A stretch of DNA of 64,000 nucleotides from Promethearchaeota archaeon (lineage in GTDB: Archaea > Asgardarchaeota > Lokiarchaeia > Sigyniarchaeales > SOKP01). The notes beneath the pieces were generated by a model. That model was given only the letters and a program-made list of their open reading frames with translations, made no database searches and was not told the origin of the DNA. The DNA lies in assembly GCA_019058445.1 (NCBI GenBank), contig JAHPZA010000010.1, positions 352,001 to 416,000 on the forward strand, written 5' to 3'. Shown one piece after another: positions 11,052-20,748 of this stretch. A program made the position numbers and the translations under genes. The stretch's first letter is position 1, and each line of letters opens with the position of its first letter.

Positions 11052-12116
11052 ATGAGTCTAAAAACGCAGATTTTGGGAATTTTTAAATATTTGATTAAAT
11101 GGTTAAAAAAAATAATCGAACCAAAATATCTTACACCGGAAAATAAGTTCTCACCAAAAAATTATGGTATTATTAACCGCTTGAATAAAATAAATCCATT
11201 AGAAACCTTTTCTAATAGAGATGATTTAAAAAAAAAAATAATAAAGGTTTATGGAATCCAAGTTGAATATCCTTTAAAAATTAAAGAAAAATCTAAAGGA
11301 ATCAAAAAAATTAAAGCTAATATTCAATATAAGGGCATTTTTTATGATCTTTCATATTTCATGAGCTATGATAATATTAAAATTCCTTTAATTGTGATAT
11401 ATCCATCGAATTTTGATATTAAAAAGAAATATCCAACTATAATTCTTTTCTCTGGACATGGTACTGCTGTTCAGGTGGCTTTTGAAAAAACATCTTATCA
11501 ACATGGGTGCGGAATTAATTTAGCAGAAAGTGGTTTTCTTGTTTACATAATGGAAAATCGCGGAATGGGAAAATTATCTTATCTTGGAAATCATCTTCGT
11601 ATTGATGCAGTAGCCAGATTAGCTGGAGGGACTTGGTATGGCGAGCTAATTACTGATGCATTATGGTTAGTTGAAAATTTGCATCATGAGCCCCATGTCA
11701 ATATTTCCGCAATTGGTACAGCAGGAGTATCTACTGGGGGAGCATTAAGTATGATCGTATCTTCTTTAGATGAACGAATTGCTGCTACTTATGTGCAGGG
11801 ATTTTTAGGTTCCTATAAAACTTCTTTTGGAACTCGAGGTACTCATTGTTTATGTGGTCATATTCCGGGTATTTTAGAGATTGGTGATATGTCGGATATA
11901 GCTTCTCTTATAGCACCTCGTCCCGCTTTATTTGTCAATGGTACAAAAGATAGCTTTTATACGAAAGATGCTCAAATTGCTTTTAATAAAATATATCAAG
12001 TTTATGAAAATTTAGGAGCAGAAGAAAAATCTAAATTTTTAGCTCCAATTGGGATTGGGCATGAATTTTCTATTGGGACCGCAATCAGTTGGTTTTCTGA
12101 GCATTTTAGTACATAA
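11052..12116 (+). CDS. Alpha/beta hydrolase (dienelactone hydrolase/Abhydrolase_7-like esterase)
   Basis: GHG oxyanion motif, nucleophile elbow GVSTGG, HCLCGHIPG, LIAPRP...NG..D, GHEF. Confidence 0.85.
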   Translation: MSLKTQILGIFKYLIKWLKKIIEPKYLTPENKFSPKNYGIINRLNKINPLETFSNRDDLKKKIIKVYGIQVEYPLKIKEKSKGIKKIKANIQYKGIFYDLSYFMSYDNIKIPLIVIYPSNFDIKKKYPTIILFSGHGTAVQVAFEKTSYQHGCGINLAESGFLVYIMENRGMGKLSYLGNHLRIDAVARLAGGTWYGELITDALWLVENLHHEPHVNISAIGTAGVSTGGALSMIVSSLDERIAATYVQGFLGSYKTSFGTRGTHCLCGHIPGILEIGDMSDIASLIAPRPALFVNGTKDSFYTKDAQIAFNKIYQVYENLGAEEKSKFLAPIGIGHEFSIGTAISWFSEHFST

Positions 12117-12220
12117 ATGATATTATATTAATTATAATCCTTTTTGAGAGAATAAATTCCATTTCAAAAAGAGCTAAGACTTTTATAAGAGTTAATGATT
12201 TGAGTCTAAAAAAGGAAAAA

Positions 12221-13012
12221 TTATTTGAAATATTTAATTAAATCTGTGGCTTTATTTAATATGATATCTGGTTTAAATTCGGATTGTTGAATCATTTCTC
12301 TAGAAGTTTCACCAGTTAATACACAGATAGTTGTTACACCTGCTTCATTTCCCATCCTAATATCAGTATATAAACGATCTCCAATAAGAACTGCATCTTT
12401 GGGTGTTAAATTCAGTTCTCGTAATTTATATAAAAGCATTTCTTTATTAGGCTTACCAAAAATAATTGGGTTCTTTCCTGTACTTTCATAAAATAGGGCA
12501 ATCATAGACCCGGTATCGGGAATGTAGCCTTTTTTTGTAGGACAAACTTTATCTGGATGGGTCGCTATATATGGAAGACCATCTTGTAAAAAGTAAGCTG
12601 CTTTCTCCAGTTTTTCATAGGTTAATTCTTTATCAAAGGCCAAAACAACAATTTGAGGTTTTTTATCTGTAAGCTCAAATCCTTTTTCTATAAATTCTTT
12701 TTGTAAGGATTTGGTTCCTAAAAGATAAATTCGCTTAAAATTGTTATCTCTTAAATATTGAATAGTTGGATGAGTGGAAATAATTATATTCTCTTTGTTA
12801 ATCTCCAACCCTACATCTCTTAATTTATTATAATAATCAGTAGTAGAAATGCTCGAGTTATTTGATAGAAAAAAGAGTTGTTTCTTATTTTTTAATAAAT
12901 TGATAAGCTCTTTAATGTTGTCAAATAAAATGCCGTCTAAATAAATTGTACCATCTAAATCAAGAAAAAAAACTTTTTTCTCCTTTATTTTTTCCAAATT
13001 CGCATTGTTCAC
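12221..13012 (-). CDS. nagD: HAD-IIA hydrolase (NagD family sugar/nucleotide phosphatase)
   Basis: FLDLDGTIY, LSNNS, ATHPD, GKPN, IGDRLYTDI, VLTG. Confidence 0.92.
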   Translation of the reverse strand: MNNANLEKIKEKKVFFLDLDGTIYLDGILFDNIKELINLLKNKKQLFFLSNNSSISTTDYYNKLRDVGLEINKENIIISTHPTIQYLRDNNFKRIYLLGTKSLQKEFIEKGFELTDKKPQIVVLAFDKELTYEKLEKAAYFLQDGLPYIATHPDKVCPTKKGYIPDTGSMIALFYESTGKNPIIFGKPNKEMLLYKLRELNLTPKDAVLIGDRLYTDIRMGNEAGVTTICVLTGETSREMIQQSEFKPDIILNKATDLIKYFK

Positions 13013-13134
13013 TTCGTCGATATTAATAACCTTATCACTGTTCTATATTTTATTCTTTTATTCTTAATTAGATTGAATAATTGATAATTTTAATAATCTT
13101 TCTGATAAAAAATGAACTAAAATCTTAGAGCAAA

Positions 13135-14406
13135 TTAGAATTGGTTAAAATACAAATCACAAAACTCTAATCGCTTAGGAATCCAATCAAATAGCCAATC
13201 AATGGATTCTTCAATACTTTCTTTCCAATCATCTCCAAAAAGCCATGGATACCATTTATTTGAATCAATTTCTAATACTTCTTTAATCTCATCATACATA
13301 TCAGATATCATATCCATAATAGTTTCTTCAGTCCAAAGGTCTATTCTGAGTTGATTCCATCTTATTTTACACTCTTCTCTAAATTCTTCATTTTTCAATA
13401 ATCTATTAAACAATTCATTATTATTCAATATGAAATCTTCATGACTTGTATCGGGGCTGCTATTTCTTTTCAACCATTGACCAAAACATCTGTCAAAATC
13501 CCATGGTACTAGAAAAAGTTTACTAGGATAGGTATTTCGTACAATAAAATAGTTATGATCCCAAAAATCGTCATGAAGTATGAAGAAATTATACACAAAA
13601 AAGTCAATTAAGTTCTGCTTATCGAATTTTGAAAAAATTCCCATTTCTTCATCAAAAAAAATATCATCAGGAGAATCCCTTATATATGACACTAATTCAC
13701 TCATTATAGCATCCATAATATAAATCCCTTCATCTTCATTAGGCCAATCTTGTTCCCACTCTTCACTTAAATATGTTATAAAATTTTTATGAAAATAAGA
13801 GGATTGAAAAATAAAACTAGAATAAATATTATTCTGAGCATCATCTAAACCGAATAGCCTTCTATCGTTCTTTTCCATTAAAAGGTAAAGACCTTGATAA
13901 TCTCCGTTTAAATATAAGCAAATAAATTCAGATTCAGGAAGGATAGCAGTGGGATTGGTTGGTTCAAGAGCACGATAAAGATCACAAGCAAGCTTAATTT
14001 GCATATGGTTTAAATCGCTATACATAGCCATTAATAACCAATCATCGTCCTTTCGCATATCAAGTAATGAGACTGCTTTTGATAGCTCTAATCGATATCC
14101 TTTTTTCGGTAAATCCGCATTATATCGCCCTCTGATTTTTATTTTTGATTTAATGCGCTCTATTGATTCTGATGATGATTTATCATCTAACTCAACTATG
14201 CAATCAATATAGTCCTTATTATCAATCTCCCCTTCAGTAATTATATTTATTGTAGGAAAATCAGAAGGAGTTGTAGGAGCATTTAAAATATATGTATAAC
14301 AAAAAATAAATGAAACGAGGAACACACCAACTATATTCATTACTATTAATTCTTTTCTGCGCCTATGTCTTGGAACATTTCCGTCAGTTTTTTTTAAGAG
14401 GGGCAT
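13135..14406 (-). CDS. cotH: CotH kinase family protein, N-terminal membrane anchor (paralogue of 7476..8750)
   Basis: KIRGRY..PKKGYRL, YQGLYLLMEK, DFWDHNY, VPWDFDRCFG; collinear with the first copy. Confidence 0.9.
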   Translation of the reverse strand: MPLLKKTDGNVPRHRRRKELIVMNIVGVFLVSFIFCYTYILNAPTTPSDFPTINIITEGEIDNKDYIDCIVELDDKSSSESIERIKSKIKIRGRYNADLPKKGYRLELSKAVSLLDMRKDDDWLLMAMYSDLNHMQIKLACDLYRALEPTNPTAILPESEFICLYLNGDYQGLYLLMEKNDRRLFGLDDAQNNIYSSFIFQSSYFHKNFITYLSEEWEQDWPNEDEGIYIMDAIMSELVSYIRDSPDDIFFDEEMGIFSKFDKQNLIDFFVYNFFILHDDFWDHNYFIVRNTYPSKLFLVPWDFDRCFGQWLKRNSSPDTSHEDFILNNNELFNRLLKNEEFREECKIRWNQLRIDLWTEETIMDMISDMYDEIKEVLEIDSNKWYPWLFGDDWKESIEESIDWLFDWIPKRLEFCDLYFNQF

Positions 14407-14613
14407 GCGTTAAAGAACTCTTTGTTTCTTGGATAATATGTTATCTAATAAATATAACAAGTATGGAATTAAAAATTTTTCCACACTACTCCAAACCTCA
14501 CTACTTAATTTTACGATTAAAATGCTTAAAACCTAATTCAGATTTGTCTTGAAAAGCAAATATGAAAGTTTTTTATGTAATTTACTATTTTATAAATAAA
14601 TATTTTAATAAGT

Positions 14614-16896
14614 TTGGTTGATCTTCAAATAAAATTTAATGAAATAGCTTTAAAATTAGAATCAAGAGATCAAGTTTTTTTATTTTTAATTTCATTATTA
14701 ACATTATTAGCTGTTTTTTGTCATATCATTAAATTAAATATTCTTATAGGCATACCTGAAATTGGCATCTTAGAATTCTTATTCCAGATAATAATTATTT
14801 TAAGCACAATATATATTATTATATTCTTACCTTCTTACCCCGTTTTTTTTATAATATTCAAAAATAGTGGATTTTCATCATTAGAAAAGTTGAATTTAAC
14901 TATAATTATTAATTTATCATTTTACATTCTAAGTGCCTATATAGGGTTTTTTATGGGAGCCCCTATTACAGCAATGTTTTTTTTCTTAACATTATTAATT
15001 ATATACCTCTCTATTGTTTCCTATATTATCCTTCAGGAATTTCGGACTAATAAATACAGATTTTTTAGGCTTAAAGAAGTGGACAAAACAAAATTTGAGA
15101 AATTCTCTTTTCCAAAATATGTCAAAAGAATACTCTCGACAAACGGGTTTCTTTTAATACTATTCCTTTTATTGATTTGTATCCTAAATGTGGTTAGATT
15201 CACTTATTTCTTCGGGACTGATCCATGGCTTCATATTTTTATAATTAAATTGATTGTCAGGATGAGATATTTACCGTTGGAAGAATATTATGGATCTGTT
15301 GGTTTACCTATATTTGGGGCAGTGATTCATTTCTTTTCCGGCGTTGATATAATTTTAATACCTAAATGGTTCGTATTTTATACTATTCTTGTATCTGCAT
15401 TAGTTTTTTACAATATTTTGATGAAAGTTTTTAATAATCAATCTTTAGCCATATTTGGCGTATTTATTATAGAATTTGCCGGATTAGGATTTGCTTATAT
15501 GATGTATCAGTTTTGGCCATCCCACTTAGTTATTATTCAATCACTAACTATTTTTTTTCTGCTTTACGACAGACTTTTGAATTTTTTACAAGAAGAAAGA
15601 CCTACGAAAGAAGAAGTCTTCTCTAAGATTTGGCTTTATTATATTATAATAACTCTAATTTTTATTACCGCAATACTTACGCATGCACTTACATCCATAA
15701 TCTTTTTAATCTCATTTATATGGATTTTTTTTATTTATTTCGTAAAGGATTATAGGAGGGGTTTTGATTTTATATTGCTATTATTATTAGGAGGAATTTA
15801 CCTCACTTTTTACGTGTTTGGTTTGAGCTCTGAGCATTTCTTTTTTTTAGATAACTCGAGCTTTTCTTTTTCATTCTTACTCATTTTCGCCTTTATCGGA
15901 ACTAGCATAATTGGAATAATAATTATCTGGAAAATCAAAAATACATTATTGTTTACCAAGGGAAGATTTAAGTTAGTGATAATGGGTAAAAAATATAGCT
16001 ATTATAAAACAATTGAGGATAAAATTATTATCCCCTTGGCTTTGAGTATAGTGGGGGGATTAACTATATTTTTCACAATTGGTAATGTTATATGGTTTAA
16101 TCTTCCATTAACCATAATATTTGCAGGAATGGAACTCATGTTATTTGTAGCTTTTGGTATATGGGGCATTTTAATATTTCAAAAAAAGCCTAGAGGTAAA
16201 TTGTTTTTTATATGGGCAATATTTTTCCTTTTCTTTTTCTCAGCAGTATTTCTTTTTGATGTACTTTCAACCAATTCAAAATACTGGGCAAGAGTGTTTT
16301 TTATAATGCCTCCATTGTTAGTTATTGGTTTTATTTCATACGTTTACAAGTTAATAAGAACTAACTCCATTACTAAAAGAAGAACGAAATATTTTATTTC
16401 ATTTTTAATTATTTTTTCTTTATCCACTTCTTATACCCATGAATTTTTCACGGTCCAATATGTCAGTTTAAATAAACGTCAAGTAGGGGGTGCTATTTGG
16501 TATTCAAAACATACCGAAGATAAAAATGTAATTATCACAGAATTTGGTTTTAATTATATGTTTATGTATTATGATTATCCCTATAGTGAGGGGGATACAG
16601 ACTTGAGGGGGAGACATATTCATAAGTTTATTGATGCTAGAGAAGATGATTTGTTTCAGCCAGAGGAACAAACTGATGAAGTTGATGGGGATGAATTGAA
16701 GGAAATAAAAGAAGAGGAAGAAACTGATGTGGTTCTTACACCGGATGATCAATATTATAAAAACGATGGATGGGATACATATGGATATTTAGATGAAGAA
16801 GACAAAGAAGAATATTATGAAGCTCATTATTTGAATAGGATATATTCAGCAAGATCAGAAGATGGTGAAGAAAATGCTTATTATTGGGTCGTTTAA
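14614..16896 (+). CDS. Polytopic membrane protein, GT-C-fold glycosyltransferase-like, with acidic extracellular tail
   Basis: About 16 TM segments, FGTDPWLH loop motif, strongly D/E-rich C-terminal domain ending NRIYS. Confidence 0.55.
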   Translation: MVDLQIKFNEIALKLESRDQVFLFLISLLTLLAVFCHIIKLNILIGIPEIGILEFLFQIIIILSTIYIIIFLPSYPVFFIIFKNSGFSSLEKLNLTIIINLSFYILSAYIGFFMGAPITAMFFFLTLLIIYLSIVSYIILQEFRTNKYRFFRLKEVDKTKFEKFSFPKYVKRILSTNGFLLILFLLLICILNVVRFTYFFGTDPWLHIFIIKLIVRMRYLPLEEYYGSVGLPIFGAVIHFFSGVDIILIPKWFVFYTILVSALVFYNILMKVFNNQSLAIFGVFIIEFAGLGFAYMMYQFWPSHLVIIQSLTIFFLLYDRLLNFLQEERPTKEEVFSKIWLYYIIITLIFITAILTHALTSIIFLISFIWIFFIYFVKDYRRGFDFILLLLLGGIYLTFYVFGLSSEHFFFLDNSSFSFSFLLIFAFIGTSIIGIIIIWKIKNTLLFTKGRFKLVIMGKKYSYYKTIEDKIIIPLALSIVGGLTIFFTIGNVIWFNLPLTIIFAGMELMLFVAFGIWGILIFQKKPRGKLFFIWAIFFLFFFSAVFLFDVLSTNSKYWARVFFIMPPLLVIGFISYVYKLIRTNSITKRRTKYFISFLIIFSLSTSYTHEFFTVQYVSLNKRQVGGAIWYSKHTEDKNVIITEFGFNYMFMYYDYPYSEGDTDLRGRHIHKFIDAREDDLFQPEEQTDEVDGDELKEIKEEEETDVVLTPDDQYYKNDGWDTYGYLDEEDKEEYYEAHYLNRIYSARSEDGEENAYYWVV

Positions 16897-16913
16897 ATAT
16901 CTGGTATGTAAGG

Positions 16914-17705
16914 TCATTTGAACACCTCATAATCTCCAGGAAACAAATCTTCAATCTTTTTTTTTAGTATTCCGTTTTTATACCCCTCGATTTTAATTAG
17001 CTGAGGAATTTTTCCTGCATGTCCAATTTTATTTTCTCTTGAAATAAATGCGCCATAAACCCCATCAATATCATCTATCGCATCCAATCCTTTTTTGATG
17101 GATTTTTCAATATCAGGACCTTTAACTAAATTGGCGATCTTAGTAGCAGCAGCATCTCCTAATGTGGCATTTTTTGCAAACACAGTAGCTGCGTCTGCCT
17201 GGCCTAAGCTTATCGCATGTCCAATTGTGGCGGAACTAGTTCCAAGTCCTATTGGACAATCTTTTTTCTGAATTAAAAACCCAATATTAAGATTTAATTG
17301 ATTTTCACCTGCATACAAAGCTATTTTCATATCCTTTTCAGAGTCTACGGCAATTTCTCCACCATTTTCTACTAATGCGATTTTTGCAGGTTGGAAATCA
17401 AGAATATTATCGGACTTCATCGCATCTAGCATAAGATCTGCTAATGCACCCGCAACTGCGGCCATTGGCCCCACTCCGCAGATTTCAGTAGCTTCTGCCA
17501 TTAGGTTTATTACACTTAAATCAGTTTTTACTTTAACTGGAGAAAATGATTTTAAAAAACGTTTATCTTTTAATACATATTGTTCTAATATCTTTCGATG
17601 ATGATAAAATTCTTTTCTAGCTCTAATAATGGCTTCTTTAGATTCAGAAAGAATGGTAATATCAGATTCTTTTTCCGTAAAATGAAATTTATATACCAAG
17701 TCCAA
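16914..17705 (-). CDS. UPF0280 family protein (ApbE-like)
   Basis: GVGPMAAVAGA, VENGGEIA, TSSATIGHAISLG.ADA, DAAAT. Confidence 0.9.
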   Translation of the reverse strand: MDLVYKFHFTEKESDITILSESKEAIIRARKEFYHHRKILEQYVLKDKRFLKSFSPVKVKTDLSVINLMAEATEICGVGPMAAVAGALADLMLDAMKSDNILDFQPAKIALVENGGEIAVDSEKDMKIALYAGENQLNLNIGFLIQKKDCPIGLGTSSATIGHAISLGQADAATVFAKNATLGDAAATKIANLVKGPDIEKSIKKGLDAIDDIDGVYGAFISRENKIGHAGKIPQLIKIEGYKNGILKKKIEDLFPGDYEVFK

Positions 17706-17864
17706 TATTTTAATATGGGTTGATTTAATTCTAATATATTGAATTTAATATTTAATTAAATATAAATAAAAATTCTATTATTAATTTATAAAGTAATCAT
17801 AGATTCGTTATCTATCAATTCTAGAAATTTAACAGAAATGTGCTAAATAGAGGAGGTATGAGTT

Positions 17865-18368
17865 ATTTCTCAACCAAATTATGAAGAAGTCGTTTCCCAA
17901 TTAAAATCAGAATTAAATACTGATTGTGCCATTTCAAATCGTTATGGAATAATACTTGCGAGCTTAATAAAGGAGTTCGCAAAAGGAAAAATCATTCCTC
18001 AAAAAATATTAGAACTGATAAGTGAAAAGGAGCAAATTGCAGAGGAATTAAATTTAAAACAAATTAGTTCATTTGCATTAGAATCTAAAGATTATAATTA
18101 TTTATTTACTTTTAGTGAAGAATTAATTTTAATATCCCGAGTCCCATTAAACGTTAATCTAGCGAAATTCATGCCTAGTATCAGGACGTTAACTCTAAAA
18201 TTAAGCAAAAGCTACCAAGAACAAGAAGGAGGGGGAAAAATAAAAAAATTTTCTGTATTCGATTTTTCAAAGGATATTATAAAAATTGAATCTGCACTAG
18301 AAGAAGAGAATATTGATAAAGAAAGATATGCGATTATTAAAGATTTAATAAAATTCATTTCAAAATAA
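17865..18368 (+). CDS. Roadblock/profilin-fold-like small protein (about 167 aa), proposed ATT start
   Basis: The track ORF 18171..18368 is open upstream to a TGA at 17859: (I)SQPNYEEVVSQLKSELNTDCAISNRYGIILAS...FALESKDYNYLFTFSEELILISRV. GAGGAGGT at 17850-17857. The helix-beta-beta-helix-beta3-helix pattern suggests a roadblock-like fold. Confidence 0.6.
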   Translation: MSQPNYEEVVSQLKSELNTDCAISNRYGIILASLIKEFAKGKIIPQKILELISEKEQIAEELNLKQISSFALESKDYNYLFTFSEELILISRVPLNVNLAKFMPSIRTLTLKLSKSYQEQEGGGKIKKFSVFDFSKDIIKIESALEEENIDKERYAIIKDLIKFISK

Positions 18369-18386
18369 TAAAAAAGGTGGAAAAAA

Positions 18387-20720
18387 ATACTAAGACAAGT
18401 TTATATCTATAAAGGTGATGATCTTCTTTATTATAGGCATTTTGGTAAAGCATTAAAACAAGATATTTTTTCTAAGCTTGTGAAAGAGTTGATGGAAGAT
18501 GTTTTTGCGAGAAAGAGTATCACATCAATAGAATCACATGACTATTATAAATACAAAATATCGTATACAGCCTCAAAAGAACAAGAATTACTGTTTTTAT
18601 TTGTAACAGGGTTGACAGATTCAATTGATAGTATTAAGAAAGAGTTATTGAGATGTAAAAGAGAATTCCTTAATTTATTTTCAGAGATCCTACAACATAA
18701 ATTTGATGCTAAAACTTTCGAAGTATTTGATCCAACTATTGATACAATACATCGCAATTTAAGACCTAAAATTTCCTTAGTAGGATTTTCTGGAGTTGGA
18801 AAAACTACCATAACGAAATTGATAAAAGCAGAAGAAATTCCCATGAAACATGTTCCCACAATTACAGGAGATATCGCAACCATAAAGATTGGAAAACTAT
18901 ATTTTCATTTATGGGATTTTGCAGGACAAGAACAATTTAGTTATCTATGGAATAACTTTGTTAAAGGGAGTGATGCTGTACTTTTAATTACTGATTCCAC
19001 GCTAGAAAATATAGAGAAAAGCAAATTTTTTCTCGAATTGATAAGAGAAGAAGCACCCCAAGCACATACTGCGGTGATAGGGAATAAACAGGATTTACCT
19101 GAAGCATTAAAACCAATACAAATAGAGAAAATTGTTGGTCTAAAGACCTATTCAATGATTGCCAAAAATAGTCAAAATAGAAATAAAATGATTCAAATTA
19201 TTGCTGATGTTCTTGAGATGTCTGCTGAGGTTTCCCCCCTTCTGAAACCGTTATTAGAGAGAGATAGATTGACTGAAGAAGCTATGAATGCATTGGAAAA
19301 CGCAGAATTTAGCGAAGCATCTTTATTATTTGAAAAAATTTCAGACTTGTGTATTGAATTGGGAGACGACTCACTTGGGAGGGAATTTTATGAAAAATCT
19401 GAAAAAATAAGGCAAATGTTACAAAAAGTTGGAGCTCCAGAACAACCCCCCGTAGTAGCTGATCTTAAAGAACCGATTTCAAAACCTCCAAAAGTAGAAG
19501 CTGTACCAAAAATTGAAGAACCTATTACAAAACCACCAGAGGAAAAACAAGCAGTAGAGGTTGAAGAAGCTCCGATGGAATTGCCTATTGAAACACCTAC
19601 ACTTAAGCCACCTAAATCAGCCCCTAGTCCGGAGCCAGTAAAAGAAGAATCTTCATCTATATTTGAAGAGCTCGGAGAGCTTGAAAGCAAAGAAGAGACG
19701 ATTGAAAAGCCAGCAATACCAATCCAACCTGCAACGGAACTTGAAGCAATATCGACTGTTGAACAGATAGATGTTGTTGAAAAATTGATTGTGGAATCCA
19801 CAGAACCTGCTGAAGAAAAGCCCGAGAAAAAGAAAAAGAAAAAGAAGAAGAAGAAAAAGAAGAAGAAAAAAAAACAAAAAGAAGAACTTGAAGTTCAAGA
19901 AGTAAAATCAATCATTCAACAACCATCATTTCTAAAAAAGGTCGAAATTCCCAAACCAGCTCAAAAAGCTGAACCAATTGAAACCCCCAAACCAATAAAA
20001 ACAGTCCAGGATCAGTCTGAATCTGTACCACCATCGGAAGGAGATATGGAGTGGATACACCCAAAAGTAAGAGAAATAAAAAAAGAACAAAGATTTGAAA
20101 AAATAGCAGAAACTTTAAAAGCGGAAGAAGAAAAAGCAACAATTAAACTACCACGAGACAAAACTAGTCTCCCAATCAATATAGAGGAGTTCATGGTGAA
20201 ACAAAGACCTAAAACAATAACGACCGTTCCTAAAGATGCTAAAGCAAAGTTAAAAACTTCTGCATATGGACATGTTACAAATGTACCTCAAGCTACTGCA
20301 GAAAAACCTCCAGCTCCACCAAAATTAGAAAAAACAATACCGAAACCAGTTGCTCCAACTAAACTAATGGAACCGGAGATTACCAAGGTACTTGAAAAGC
20401 CAAAAATTCCTCCAGCTCCGGACATTTCTGAACTGTCTGAAGAATTGGAAGCTCCTGAAGTTCATGAGCCCGTAGTTGAAACTCAAGAGCCCAAAAAAGC
20501 TCCAATAAGTGCGCAGCGAAAAACGTTAGAAGATTCTCTGATGGATTTTAAAATTAAAAAAGCTAAGCTTCAAAAAATGGCATTAGATTTTGATATGCAG
20601 GAACTATCAGGAGAAATAACATCTGAAGAACTTAAAGAAAAGAAGATGAAATTAAGCGAGTTAGAGAAAAAAATCGAGGAACAAATTAACCAAGCCGAAA
20701 AAATGTTAGAAGATTTGTAA
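18387..20720 (+). CDS. Longin-domain + small GTPase (Arf/Rag-like) fusion with Pro/Glu-rich linker, K16 tract and C-terminal coiled coil; proposed ATA start
   Basis: G1 GFSGVGKT, G2 PTIT, G3 WDFAGQ, G4 NKQD. The frame extends upstream of the track start to (I)LRQVYIYKGDDLLYYRHF, a longin-like first strand; AGGTGG at 18375-18380. Confidence 0.85.
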   Translation: MLRQVYIYKGDDLLYYRHFGKALKQDIFSKLVKELMEDVFARKSITSIESHDYYKYKISYTASKEQELLFLFVTGLTDSIDSIKKELLRCKREFLNLFSEILQHKFDAKTFEVFDPTIDTIHRNLRPKISLVGFSGVGKTTITKLIKAEEIPMKHVPTITGDIATIKIGKLYFHLWDFAGQEQFSYLWNNFVKGSDAVLLITDSTLENIEKSKFFLELIREEAPQAHTAVIGNKQDLPEALKPIQIEKIVGLKTYSMIAKNSQNRNKMIQIIADVLEMSAEVSPLLKPLLERDRLTEEAMNALENAEFSEASLLFEKISDLCIELGDDSLGREFYEKSEKIRQMLQKVGAPEQPPVVADLKEPISKPPKVEAVPKIEEPITKPPEEKQAVEVEEAPMELPIETPTLKPPKSAPSPEPVKEESSSIFEELGELESKEETIEKPAIPIQPATELEAISTVEQIDVVEKLIVESTEPAEEKPEKKKKKKKKKKKKKKKKQKEELEVQEVKSIIQQPSFLKKVEIPKPAQKAEPIETPKPIKTVQDQSESVPPSEGDMEWIHPKVREIKKEQRFEKIAETLKAEEEKATIKLPRDKTSLPINIEEFMVKQRPKTITTVPKDAKAKLKTSAYGHVTNVPQATAEKPPAPPKLEKTIPKPVAPTKLMEPEITKVLEKPKIPPAPDISELSEELEAPEVHEPVVETQEPKKAPISAQRKTLEDSLMDFKIKKAKLQKMALDFDMQELSGEITSEELKEKKMKLSELEKKIEEQINQAEKMLEDL

Positions 20721-20748
20721 TAAAGAACGAGTAATAACTCAAATCTAT

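Noticed and set aside
17859-17861. TGA upstream of the roadblock-like frame read as selenocysteine
   Set aside because: No redox-Cys context and no SECIS recognised; the SD position favours initiation just downstream.
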